A DNA stretch of 64,000 bases from Paraspadella gotoi. Lineage: Eukaryota > Animalia > Chaetognatha. The position numbers and the translations under genes were made by a program. The notes beneath the pieces were generated by a model. That model did not search any database. It had not been told where the DNA came from and was given only the letters and a program-made list of their open reading frames with translations. Below are positions 48,294-61,343 of this stretch, piece after piece. Each line of letters opens with the position of its first letter. Within the stretch, counting starts at the first letter, position 1. The stretch is from the NCBI GenBank assembly GCA_051294375.1, contig CM119263.1:28041790-28105789 (forward strand). Reading direction: 5' to 3'.

Positions 48294-51200
48294 CTACTAG
48301 ATTCGGCCCCCGGGGTGTTCTGTGCATTTTTCAGTTGACCATATCTCGTCGAAAAAAAGAAAAACAAAAGCGGATTTAATTTCAAAAAAGTTTTTAAAAC
48401 GATTTCAAAAAAAAAAAAAAAAATAACTCGCAATTTCGATACAAAGGATTTTCTCATTTTACGATGATTGCTTCTTCGTCAATGAATATAAAATATTAAA
48501 TATAAAAAAGGCCACAACGCTGGCCCATCAAAGAAAAGAGCTTCCAGCTACCATTCAACCAGTGTCAAGCTTTATGGTGGCCGATGGAGTGGCGCTAGGC
48601 TGCCATCCACAAAAGAGTAATGTCATTTCGCTCGTCGCGCTCGTTCCTGCCCGTCCCGCCCGGTCCTGCCCGGCCCGCTCGAGCTGCCATCTCGCCGCTT
48701 TTATGCTTATTACTTTTTTCGGACGAATTCTATTGTCCTCTTTTCTCTCCCGCCTTCCTTTGGTTCCCCTTTCTTCTCTTCTTTCTCCTTCCCTTCTCTT
48801 CTATGGTGACAAAGGTCTTCTCTTTTGGAAGTCTTCTTAGCCATTATTATGTTTTGTATAAACTTTATTAACTATATTAACTGTATTGTATTGACTTTTT
48901 TTTTACTCTTTTTTCTCCTCCTTTTGTTTATTTAATTTTGAAAATTTCCATTTTATTACTTTGTTGTCATACGCTACATTTTTACTCATTTTCATATGTA
49001 CCTTTCTTTGTTATTAGCTTTTCTTTCTCTTACTCTTACCCTCTCTCCCTCTTGTTCTCCTCTTCTTCTCCCCTTCCTCACATTCTCCTCTCTCCTTTGT
49101 TCTCCTCTCTCCTTCTACCCTAACGTGGCCCATTATTCTTCCCCCTTTCTTCCCGCCAAAGATCAAGAGCCCAAGAAGAACAGAATCCATTAATCGAGGG
49201 CAGGCCTAATTTACCCGTCGATTTAGGGGGACACTCTTGGGTCCCTCCGCCCACCGTCGAGCCCCAACCTAACCTAACTCACCCAACTTTCGTCTTTCGA
49301 CATCCAACCCTCTTTAAATAGTAACCTTCTCCCCCCCTCCCCCTAAGGGCCCGCCTCCTTAAAAGGAATTAATCGATCCTCATCCATAATTTAAATCTTT
49401 TGTCTTTCGCTTTTTCTTCTTTTTTTCACAAGATTCACGTGAATTATTCGATCCACGGAGCGTAAAGTTGTGACTTGGTCATTCTGGTCTTTCCTGATCA
49501 CTCTGTTCTCTTTATGAGATCAAACTGGACCGTTTTTACATTCCAGGGTTGACTGTTAATGTTAAGATTCTCGGGTTTAAATTACGTTTTCGCTCGTCAA
49601 CTTTTTCTCTTGTTTTTAAATATTTAGTTTTTAAGAGAAATCATTTAATTCCCATTTCATCTCTTATAGTTTTTAGTATAATTTATTTATACTCTTTTCT
49701 CTCCTTTGTTTTCGGTCTTTAACGTAGAATCTAAACATTTTAGTGATTCTTTGTTTCGGCCATCTTTGTATTATTTTACTGCATAATCCGCATTCATGAT
49801 TTATACTTGTATTTTTTTATTTAGTTATTTATATTGATTTATAATTACTTCCGGTAAGGATACGTACTCTTCAAAGTTTTTTTTTAATTTCTTTTCATTC
49901 TTTATAGACAATTGTTTTGTCTTTTTGTGTTTTTTTCTCCTCTTTTTCTCCTTCCTTCTTTCTCCCCCGCGTTTCCATTTCTTGCCATGTTGTTTCCATT
50001 CCTCTTATGGCCAATTCCTCATCGCTTGATTTATCCCCGAGTCTCTTTTCCTTCAAATCTAGAGCCAAAAAATAAAATTCTCTAAGCCTAAGATCTCGAG
50101 ACAACGACAAGGGATCATAAACACTGCAGCGCGGGTTCAAATCCAACCTGACATGTACATCTTTGGGCAGATCTTTAAAAAATGACGTACGGATAAGCGA
50201 TCCGTTCAAAACTTTGCTTAGAATGTTCCTTTGATCGCTCTGTCAATTTCCATACCACGTCTTTAATTTTTAAAATGCTTTTCTTGGAATGCTAATTTTT
50301 TTAATTTTTTTAATTTTTTTTCCCTTTTTTTTTATTAGAATGCTCCTTTGATCGCCATGTTCATCTTTTTCTCACTCACACCGATACCCCGTCTCCCACT
50401 CACAATGTCTCTCACTCACCGTGTCCCTCTCTCTTTTTCACACACACAATCGTTTTTCCTTCGAACGTCTCCTCGCGCATTTCGTCTCGTTCTCTCTCTC
50501 GCTCTCTCGAGAGACATGAAAGATTCATGATTTCAATTGCGGCGAAGGGGGAACGGTTACGGAATTTCCGACGGGGCGCGGCATTAAACGAGTTACGGCA
50601 TTCCGTTTTCCTCTGAGGGAATTCCAAGACGAAATGGGAAAAAAGTTGGTTCTTTTATTCAATTCTGTTCAGACAAATTTGATTCCTTCAAGGTCATATT
50701 TTGAATCCGATTCTCCATTACTCTATACAAGTACTACAAGTATGGCCATTATATTATATTATATTATTACAAGTACTACAAGTGTTTGTGCCTCTTAAGA
50801 ATTCGTTTTACTTTTTATTTGCTGACTTTAGTCTTTGCTTAAAATGGCGCTCAGATTTTGGAACAGGTTGGTAAGTTTTAGTTATCAACAACAATTGGCG
50901 ACGAGGAAGAGATAAAAATATTTGTTTACAATTAAAAACGGCGTGAAATTAATTATTTAATTTCGAGTTTAAAAAGTAAAATCGTGACTTTAAAAACAAT
51001 TATAAAAACCCCCAACGCATTTAAAAGAGTTGAACGACTAGGGTCTTCAAGAGGCATAAGCGAGACGTTTAAAGTTTAAACAATAAAATTAATCGCGATA
51101 TCTTCACATTCGAATCGAATCTTCGCGGGAAACGGGCGAGGCAGAACCCAGATATTAACTCGTCGGCGAGTCCCACGGCCACGGTCGTGTCTAGTCATGA

Positions 51201-51571
51201 CCGGCGTTACAACAAGTATGCCATTATTATGTTCACAATTTTTTTTTCTCACATGACCTGTACGTTTGAAATGATATCATTGTTATTTCATAATTGCAAG
51301 GAGCGATACGGATATATAGCCAATTGGCCATAGAAAGTTAGACTTGTAAATAAATACAGTAGAACAGTAGTATATACTATAAAGTTACACTTTCAAACAA
51401 ACCAACAGCGCACGCCGCATCGCAGGGTCGCAGCTTCGCAGCTGTTTTCTGCTGAAGTCCACCCGATTCTCTCTCTACCTCACGTCAAGCTTCAAGACAA
51501 CGACTTTGCACGACCATAAATATTTCGCTTTAAAAGGTTTGGCAAGAAGTCTTGCTCGTTGATAACCACGC

Positions 51572-51609
<38 letters not shown>

Positions 51610-51610
51610 A

Positions 51611-51648
<38 letters not shown>

Positions 51649-52445
51649 ATATTTTTTCTCGCTCAACTTTCACGCTTCCATAAAATTTTAACGCGGAGAA
51701 AAAACTGAGGAGACTGCAGCAAAATTGGCCGACGTTGCCGACACGCTGCCAGTGGCCGGCCAGCGCCGCCGCCGCCGCCGCCTCCGCAGCTGCCGACGCC
51801 ATCCCGTCGAGGCGCACCCAGACGCTTGGCGCGCAGCGGGCGCCGAGGGTGAGGGTCGGTTAGAGGGTGAGGAAAAGAGCTCGGAAATAGGGTAAGGAAC
51901 ATATTGATTTTTAAAATCGCGGGAAGATTTATCAAGGTCAGTTCAGTGTGTAAAATTTGATGAATAAGACACCTATTTGTATAAGACGCATATTACAAAA
52001 AAAAAAAAAATACAAAAAATTTAAAATATATTTTTAACGTTTTTCAAGCTAATTGAATTAAAAAATTAACAACCGTCGTAGGGGACGGGTTAATAAACAA
52101 TTCACAACCCCGGATGTAAGCTGAGGAGAAAGGTTAAGGTTTAGAGAAAGGGATNNNNNNNNNNNNNNNNNNNNNNNNNNNNNNNNNNNNNNNNNNNNNN
52201 NNNNNNNNNNNNNNNNNNNNNNNNNNNNNNNNNNNNNNNNNNNNNNNNNNNNNNNNNNNNNNNNNNNNNNNNNNNNNNNNNNNNNNNNNNNNNNNNNNNN
52301 NNNNNNNNNNNNNNNNNNNNNNNNNNNNNNNNNNNNNNNNNNNNNNNNNNNNNNNNNNNNNNNNNNNNNNNNNNNNNNNNNNNNNNNNNNNNNNNNNNNN
52401 NNNNNNNNNNNNNNNNNNNNNNNNNNNNNNNNNNNNNNNNNNNNN

Positions 52446-52845
52446 GCAGAAGCGGATGGGAACGGGCGGAAGCGGAAACCAACGGGCGGAAGCGGCTGAA
52501 GCGGATGGGAACGGGCAGATGTAGTACAAGCAGTACAGCATATGGACTGTTGCAATTAATAGCAAACTACTTAATTAAAATTATATCAACCAAATGCTTT
52601 TTTTAAAGGTGAAAAATGAATAAATAACCGAGAAAGCTAAGATAATTAGGTTGAAAAGACTGAGCCTCATTAAAGTTATCAAAATCAAGTACAAGTCATG
52701 TAAAATAATAGTTTGCAATTCGCAATTCGGCGTTTGGTAAAAGAAAGCAAAATTGTGCTCTAAAATCCAGCAATAGCGGAATCGGGAGACACGGAACAAA
52801 AGCGGGCAGACGGAAAAGCGGGCAAAAGCGGGCAGAAGCCGGCGG
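52446..52845. repeat. Clusters of short GC-rich motifs (gaagcgg / aagcgggca / gggaacgggc) next to a gap; likely a repeat-element fragment
   Basis: gaagcggatgggaacgggc twice within 52449-52516 and aaaagcgggca three times within 52798-52834. No termini identified. Confidence 0.45.
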
Positions 52846-53838
52846 CAGCGTCCGTATGCGAGGTTGGAACCGGCGCGGGCCTCAGCGATCTCTCATTCTG
52901 CTTCTCAACCATCAAAACAAAAACATAAGCGAAAAGATTTAATGTATTAATATATTCAAGGTCTTTATATCTCGAGGTAGAGCGACGGAGCGCAGTCCGC
53001 GTTTCATCTACAATTATTTGTTATTATTTTTTTTTTTTTGTGCAGCAATCTTCTTTACAAAATTTTAACCTTAAAAATGATCAATTATAACTACCTTTCA
53101 ATCGCCGTCCTAGTTATAATGGAACTAACAGTTTAAAAAGAACAGTTTTAACAGAAGATAAAATCGAATTTGACCATTGGACTTTGTAGCTNNNNNNNNN
53201 NNNNNNNNNNNNNNNNNNNNNNNNNNNNNNNNNNNNNNNNNNNNNNNNNNNNNNNNNNNNNNNNNNNNNNNNNNNNNNNNNNNNNNNNNNNNNNNNNNNN
53301 NNNNNNNNNNNNNNNNNNNNNNNNNNNNNNNNNNNNNNNNNNNNNNNNNNNNNNNNNNNNNNNNNNNNNNNNNNNNNNAAAAAAAAAAGAAATAAAAAAC
53401 TTTTTTAAAAAATAAACAAAAGGCATAAAGAATGTTATTGGTGCAGCAGTCAACAACGACGAAAATAACAACAACAACAAAGAAAGAAGAATCGTGACTC
53501 TTCTGCCTCAAAGACGGAACACTAAAATCTCCCTTCACAGCTGATGGGTCGAAAAGGAGGAAGAGAGTGAGAGAAAGAAAAAAAAAACGTTTTCATAAAA
53601 GATTAAAAAAAACCCAAAAAAGATAGAGAGAGAGTCGAAGGAGGAAAGAAAAAAAAGGAAAGGAGACGAGGAAGAAAAGACGAGAAAGAGCGAGAGAGAG
53701 NNNNNNNNNNNNNNNNNNNNNNNNNNNNNNNNNNNNNNNNNNNNNNNNNNNNNNNNNNNNNNNNNNNNNNNNNNNNNNNNNNNNNNNNNNNNNNNNNNNN
53801 NNNNNNNNNNNNNNNNNNNNNNNNNNNNNNNNNNNNNN

Positions 53839-53874
<36 letters not shown>

Positions 53875-54568
53875 AGTGTCGTCTGACAAGGTCGCAGCAA
53901 AGATTCGGTTCATGATGACCTCCCAAGTTTTCCGTCCGCCCAACGACAGAGGATTCGCTAAAAGGTACACACTTTTTAACAATATATTAATACAATATCA
54001 ATAAAAACAACTTCTATAACTATTATCTAATAATAATATTCGCCGCCTTTCATCAAAAATATCTATATCGATTATCCGTTGAAAAATAATTACGTATTAT
54101 TTTTCTCTATTAATAATTGATTTTCGATCAGTGTTATTTCCCGACCGATCGAACGCCTGTTTTTAAACTTTAATATTTGATGAAAAAGGAAAAAAGTTTA
54201 AATTTTTTAAAAAAATAGGAATAACATTAAAGTTGGACTAAAAAGGGAAAGAATCGATTCTAGTGGATGAAGGCAAAAAATATTTTGCGGAAACAATTTT
54301 TTTTTTATTCTGAGAAAAAAAAAATTAGAAAAAGATATAAAAAAAAACAACGATTCCCATTTGTTTTCATTCGTCGTCGACGAAACACAACCATCCGGTC
54401 GTCACGCCCTCTCGCCATTTCCGCCGCTTCATTTTGCGACAAACGCCACTCCACTACACGGCAATACCCAATACTCATTCCTCTACGTCAATACCCTTTT
54501 ACGTCACTTTTCTGCGCCAAAATCACTTAACCTCTCTGCGCCAAAAAACTCCATTCTCGATCTCCCAG

Positions 54569-54868
54569 CACCGACGACGTTTGCGGCGTCCGTTTCAGTG
54601 GCGCCACCTGGCATTACGTCCCTAGCGGCGACGGCGGCGGATTCGGCGTCGGATTTCCATCGTTCGGTCGCGGCGGCGTCGTCGGCGGCGTTACGAAACC
54701 CGGCGCCGCTCGAAACGCTCCGGCACGCCTCGAAAAAGCGCCGTCGACGCCGCACGTGAATCAAACTCAAACGCAACACGTGCATCACGTGCATTTCGTC
54801 GACGTCCCGAGAAAAATCATCATCCCGAACGCGCGGGAGAATTCGAAATCGACGCCCGCGCTTGTGAG
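54569..54868 (+). CDS. Candidate 300-nt internal exon (phase 2-2), Gly/Pro-rich low complexity
   Basis: Acceptor tctcccag|54569, donor gtgag|gtaaaa at 54869. Open frame TDDVCGVRFSGATWHYVPSGDGGGFGVGFPSFGRGGVVGGVTKPGAARNAPARLEKAPSTPHVNQTQTQHVHHVHFVDVPRKIIIPNARENSKSTPALV, a different frame from the listed ORFs. Confidence 0.4.
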
Positions 54869-57800
54869 GTAAAANNNNNNNNNNNNNNNNNNNNNNNNNN
54901 NNNNNNNNNNNNNNNNNNNNNNNNNNNNNNNNNNNNNNNNNNNNNNNNNNNNNNNNNNNNNNNNNNNNNNNNNNNNNNNNNNNNNNNNNNNNNNNNNNNN
55001 NNNNNNNNNNNNNNNCTTTCTTTCTTTCTTTCTTTCTTTTTCTTTCTTCAACCACGTGTTCAACTTGGCCTCTCTTTTGCCAGTGTGAATTAGCCTTAGT
55101 GCTTTTGCCTCAGTGCCGGCTTTCAATTGCCTCTACCCTAATCTCCCATCGAGGTCGCGTTATCTTTGTTTACCTTCGCGCAGAATTAAGTTTTCACATT
55201 ACGATCGACTTTCGATAATTTTGAAGTTGCCGACCTTTACGCGTGATAAGCGATTTTCACATTGACTTTATTGCTNNNNNNNNNNNNNNNNNNNNNNNNN
55301 NNNNNNNNNNNNNNNNNNNNNNNNNNNNNNNNNNNNNNNNNNNNNNNNNNNNNNNNNNNNNNNNNNNNNNNNNNNNNNNNNNNNNNNNNNNNNNNNNNNN
55401 NNNNNNNNNNNNNNNNNNNNNNNNNNNNNNNNNNNNNNNNNNNNNNNNNNNNNNNNNNNNNNNNNNNNNNNNNTTTTTGCGATTTTGTGATTTAGTCCCG
55501 AATGTTTCAAATATTTGAGTGTGAAATAACTCTTTTTAAGTTTAATATTTCGATCTTGTCAAATTACAGCCTCCAGCCCTTCGATCTTTCTTTTCCGTCT
55601 CTTTTATATTTTTAATTTTCTACATTTTTTTTATCTCATTTTTTAAAACTTTCTCGATTTTTTTAAAAGTTAAATCTTCTCTTTTCTTTTTATCACTTTG
55701 TATAAATTTTCCGCACTTTTCCTTTTGAGTTTTCTTCCTTTTCACTCTTTTTCTTCTTTTCTTTTAACTTCTCTTTTTTTCTCTCTTCCTTTCAATTGAC
55801 TTTTCTTTCTTTTCTCTCTTTCTCTTCTTTTCTATTGACTATTCTTTCTTTTCTCTCTTTCTCTTCTTTTTTTTAATTTTACTTGTCCTTTTAGCACTTT
55901 CTTTTCCTTTCTTTTAAATTTTTGACTTTTCCTTCTTCCTCATATTTCACAGCTTGATTTTGACACGAACTTTATGAGATAAAACAGAGACGCCAAAACC
56001 AGAAAAAAACTTTTGTAGAGGTTTTTCGTACAACCCTGTACATGAGCGAAGTCGTATCGCGTTGTAGTCGGGACTGAGGAAAGGTCAGTGGGTAATCAGG
56101 TGCGCGTTCATGTGAAGAACCCGACGATGAAGGCGATTATGACGAAGACGACGAGAATGAAGACAACGAAAAGTCGACAACAAAGACAACCAAAGCTTTG
56201 CGACGACAATCACAATGACCTCTTTGTCCATCTCTCTCACTCAGACGACGACGACGACGACGACGATGCCGACGACGACGACGACGACGACTAAGACAAC
56301 CACGTCTCTCCCGACTCAAAAAGTCTTTTTTTCTCCCTCGAGAATTGTGAACTTGAAAAAACTTTCAAGTTTTAAGCATCGATTTAAAAACAAGGCTTAA
56401 AAAAAAAATCTCCCCTCCTTCGAAAAAAAAATGTAATGTTTATTCCAGAAACTTAAAATGTTACAAGCGAAGAAATTTTCAGATTCTCTTTTCGCTATTT
56501 CATCCCTTTTTCGTTTTTCCTGCAAATTCTTTTTTTTTTTTCTGTATCGCGAAATCCTGATGGTTTATGACTGAGCACGATTCTTGTCGGACCGCGATCT
56601 TTCATCGACGTTGTGTCTCGATCGAGATGACCAAAAAATACAGGGCCTGCTCTTTTTTTCCCTTCTTTCTCACGAGGGTGAGAGTCTTTTTAGATTTACA
56701 ATAATATCTTTTTTCTTTTGAAAACGACTGGTATTTCGTCTTAATAGTAATCAATTTTGGATTGTTTCTATAGATTTCAAATTCAAGTTTGGCTTTTTAA
56801 GTTTTTAAGTTTTTAAGCTATTTGAAAATTTTTTGTACATGAGAGTGTAAAGTTCCATCATCCTAATTTAGTATCTTTTAACCTAACCGAGTATAATAGT
56901 ACTTGCAGATAGAGCTTAGTAACACTTATTAATTCCACGAACTTTGCTGAACTAAGCACCTTTGGTTCGAGTCAACCACCTGTACTTTGTCTTTGCGGAA
57001 GTTGATAAGAATCTGCTGACGGGAAAATTCTACTTTACACAAGTTGAAAACATTTTTTTAACAAGATGTCTCTTTAGTTACCGCGGTGAGATAATAACAT
57101 TATTATGGACGTCAGTGAATTTAAATAATAGACTTACGCGAATTCAATACGTGATCTTCTTAATAATAAAAAAATGGACAAAAATTTTCTTTGCATCGAT
57201 TAACAACAAACGAAAGAGAGGCTGACGACGATGACCATAACGACGACGACAATAACGACGACGACGTCCACCACGACGATAACTCAATGAATTCATACAA
57301 GCGAAAAGCCCAAGACGACTCGGGTTCCAACCACGTGACAAAGTCCGAGCAAATTAAGGACCGGGATTTAAGTTTAAATTTAAATTAAATTAGTTGAGCA
57401 GACGGTTAAAACAACCTGACAAAAAACAAAAAAACAAAAAAACAACCGGGATAGGAAACTCGACGGCGACAACGATGACAACAACAACGACGACGATGAC
57501 AACAACAACGACGACATCAACAAATAAAACCAAACAACTTTCGTTCGGAATTGGCGTCCGTTTTTTTTTTTTTTTCTCTTGGTTTACCGAAGCCAAGCAA
57601 TTTTCATTTAGAATATTTTTTTTTTGCCTTCGAAAATTTAAGTCTGAATGAAGGGACTGTTCGATTCGCCTCTTCCTTCTGTCTCTCTGTCTCCATTGTC
57701 TGTCTGTCTGTCTGTCCGTCTTTCTCTTTCTCTCTCTATCCGCGTGAATCTGAGAACTAAAATCCTTTTGGGCGTCGAATTTTCGCCGGTCGAGTCCAAA

Positions 57801-58683
57801 GTTTCGCGCCGAAATTCGCATCTCATTTTTTTTTTCAAAATTTCGAACTTGAATTTTTTTCTCTTCGTCAGACTTTCTACTTTTTCACCTAATAATTTTA
57901 CAAATTTTATTTAAAATTCTGAAACGAATTTGTATTTTCCTATAATCATTACCCCTAATACTTTCGCTCCTATTTATTTATGCATTTAAATAATGTTTAA
58001 AATTTACTCTCTTTATTTCAAATTCCTTATTTCCTATCTCTTTCCTCTCCCTATCTCTTTCCATTCACTTACTAGTATTCACTCTATTGTAATTCCTCTC
58101 TCCTCTTTCTAAAAATAGTTCCAAAACCCGGGAGAAGAAAAAAACCCGATTTTCTCCTCTCAACACAAATTTACATTTTCTTTTCTTTCTTCCTCAGATT
58201 TGTGCCACTACATTTTACCGACCAAACCTTTCTTATCTTTCCATCGACAATCGATTTTCATTTTTTTTTCTCTTCTCCATCTCTTTTTTACTTCTCTCAC
58301 CTCTTTTAACTCTCTATTTTCCTTCCTTTTAACCCTTGTCACCTTTTTCTTTCTTATTCATTTTTAAAAAAAAAATTTGTTGAAGGATTTTCAACCCGAT
58401 TCTACGTTTAAGTAATAAAATTAAACCTCCTAACTTTTGTTTATATATAATATCGTCGAAGGAAGTTTTTTTCTTTTGATTTAATATCTTTCTTAGTAAT
58501 ATTTCCACTTTTCATTTTCCTACTCATTATTTTATGTTCATTCTTCTTCTCTCCATCATCCACATCTCTTTTCCTCCTTTCCCCCCTTTCTGACCAGCCC
58601 CCCCCCCTCGTCCTCTTCCCTTCCCCTTCTTCTAAAAATCCCAAATCTGTCAGCAGAGACCCTCGACGTCAAATCGAGGCACC

Positions 58684-58745
<62 letters not shown>

Positions 58746-59566
58746 CTTCTCTTTCTGAATTAACTCCAATCCAAAGAAGGCGATTCGATTTTCGAATGTG
58801 CACCTTTTTTTCATTCCAGACCGTAAAACCCGCGGTCCACCGAAAACCCAATTTTAATATAAAGTCGCTTTGCCAAAAAAAAAAGATAAATAAAAAATAA
58901 ATGAAATGAAAGAAGAATAAACTGAAACTTCGGAATTCCTGACTCTAGAATTGTTCACTCACAAAAAGATAAGATCCGCTCCAACTTTCACTTGAATTTT
59001 TTCCAATCTTTTTTTCATTTTTTTTAATGTCCTCTGTAAAAATATAAACAAATACTTTCCACGACAATTTAAACATTTAGAATTTGAATGACTTCTTTCT
59101 TCCCGGCAGAAAGAAAAACATAATAATCTTATAAATTTAAGAAGTGCTATTCTTATAATATATATTTTTCTATGTGCGTAGCCGTTACAGTTTACCTACT
59201 TGACCTTACCATTTACATGATTCGCCAGAGCCTTTGCTTCTATTTGGCTTTTGACTTATAATATTATATATATTTTGCCTTCGCCGTCTTCTTACAATGT
59301 CAAAGCCTAATCTTGTTGCCACTTTTAATATTTTTACTGAATTTAAAAGATAAATAATGTTTTTTATCTTTAGAAATTATAAAAAGATTTCGTTTATGGA
59401 TTCTTTCTTTTGATCGAGCGTCTTGAACGAGATACGAAATGGTGATGAAGCCGAGCCCACGAAATCGAATTATAAAAATATCATTAGCCTAAAAAATTTG
59501 GTGAATAAATATTAATCAAGAAAGAAGCGATATTTAATTTCCCTGATTTCCCCCTCAATTCTCAAG

Positions 59567-59813
59567 CCAAGCGCCGCCGAACGCCATCTCCGGCTCCGAC
59601 TCTGTCGTCTCTCCACACGACGACGACGCCGGCGCGAATGACGCCGCCAACGACGCCGGACACGACGACGTCATCCACGCCGCCTCCAACGACGCCGCGA
59701 ACGCCAGCGACGCCGCCAGCGACGAAAACGGCGTCACGTTGACCAACTTTGACGCCAGCGACAAAACCGAATCCACGAGAAAAGTGACGGAAAATTGGGG
59801 AGGGCGTGATTAA
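59567..59813 (+). CDS. Candidate exon, Asp/Ala/Asn-rich (phase-2 acceptor); 3' boundary uncertain
   Basis: Isolated GC island after ccctgatttccccctcaattctcaag|. Reads QAPPNAISGSDSVVSPHDDDAGANDAANDAGHDDVIHAASNDAANASDAASDENGVTLTNFDASDKTESTRK.. to TAA at 59811-59813. Confidence 0.4.
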
Positions 59814-61203
59814 GTTATTTTAATTATTGAATTAAATAAAACTAATAATTTAATTCAATTTTGGTGTAAAACATATTTAACTTTTTATAATTTCTTTTTG
59901 GAAAAATTCGTCTAAGAGTAAAACAAATAATCTTGAAATTTACATAAAATATTAATAAATTATATTAAATAGATAATTAAATTATTTAAGTTGAATAAAG
60001 TAATAATTTGACCATTTTAAGACTNNNNNNNNNNNNNNNNNNNNNNNNNNNNNNNNNNNNNNNNNNNNNNNNNNNNNNNNNNNNNNNNNNNNNNNNNNNN
60101 NNNNNNNNNNNNNNNNNNNNNNNNNNNNNNNNNNNNNNNNNNNNNNNNNNNNNNNNNNNNNNNNNNNNNNNNNNNNNNNNNNNNNNNNNNNNNNNNNNNN
60201 NNNNNNNNNNNNNNNNNNNNNNNNNNNNNNNNNNNNNNNNNNNNNNNNNNNNNNNNNNNNNNNNNNNNNNNNNNNNNNNNNNNNNNNNNNNNNNNNNNNN
60301 NNNNNNNNNNNNNNNNNNNNNNNNNNNNNNNNNNNNNNNNNNNNNNNNNNNNNNNNNNNNNNNNNNNNNNNNNNNNNNNNNNNNNNNNNNNNNNNNNNNN
60401 NNNNNNNNNNNNNNNNNNNNNNNNNNNNNNNNNNNNNNNNNNNNNNNNNNNNNNNNNNNNNNNNNNNNNNNNNNNNNNNNNNNNNNNNNNNNNNNNNNNN
60501 NNNNNNNNNNNNNNNNNNNNNNNNNNNNNNNNNNNNNNNNNNNNTTCTTTCTTTCTTTCTTTCTTTTCTCAAGATTGTTCGTTTCGTCATCTTTCTGCTC
60601 TGTAATTACTATTGCAAGAAAACGGGAAAAGGTCGTGAAGCTGAAATTNNNNNNNNNNNNNNNNNNNNNNNNNNNNNNNNNNNNNNNNNNNNNNNNNNNN
60701 NNNNNNNNNNNNNNNNNNNNNNNNNNNNNNNNNNNNNNNNNNNNNNNNNNNNNNNNNNNNNNNNNNNNNNNNNNNNNNNNNNNNNNNNNNNNNNNNNNNN
60801 NNNNNNNNNNNNNNNNNNNNNNNNNNNNNNNNNGAACATGAGAGAGAAAAGAGTTTGATCGATAGAAAGGTGTGAATGAAAGAAAGAATGTGACAGATGT
60901 GATTTAGACAAAAGTGTGAACGATTGAATTTTAACTTTCTAGAAATAGAATCGATGACAAAAACAAAAACTAAAACAAACTGGATTTCAAAATTCGATTT
61001 TACCAGATGATTTATCGAAAATTCTATGCTCCGTTTATTTAGATTTTATTTTATGTTTAAAAAAATTGATGTATATCAAAACAGCTAGAATAATTTGGCC
61101 TCACTCATTCAAAAGCGTAAAATATTCGACTTGAAGATTTTTTGTTTGTATTTTTTTCTATATTCTAATTTAACGTCGATGATTCTACTTCAAAGAGAAG
61201 GAG

Positions 61204-61343
<140 letters not shown>

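Noticed and set aside
54522-54542. Match to the CORE-SINE/MIR motif tcacttaacctctctg
   Set aside because: An isolated ~16-nt match with no tRNA head or flanking similarity.
56088-57388. Asp/Thr-rich (GAC/ACG)n ORFs at 56088-56294 and 57191-57388
   Set aside because: GAC/CGA triplet runs are common throughout the window and no consistent splice pair or start was found. Left uncalled.
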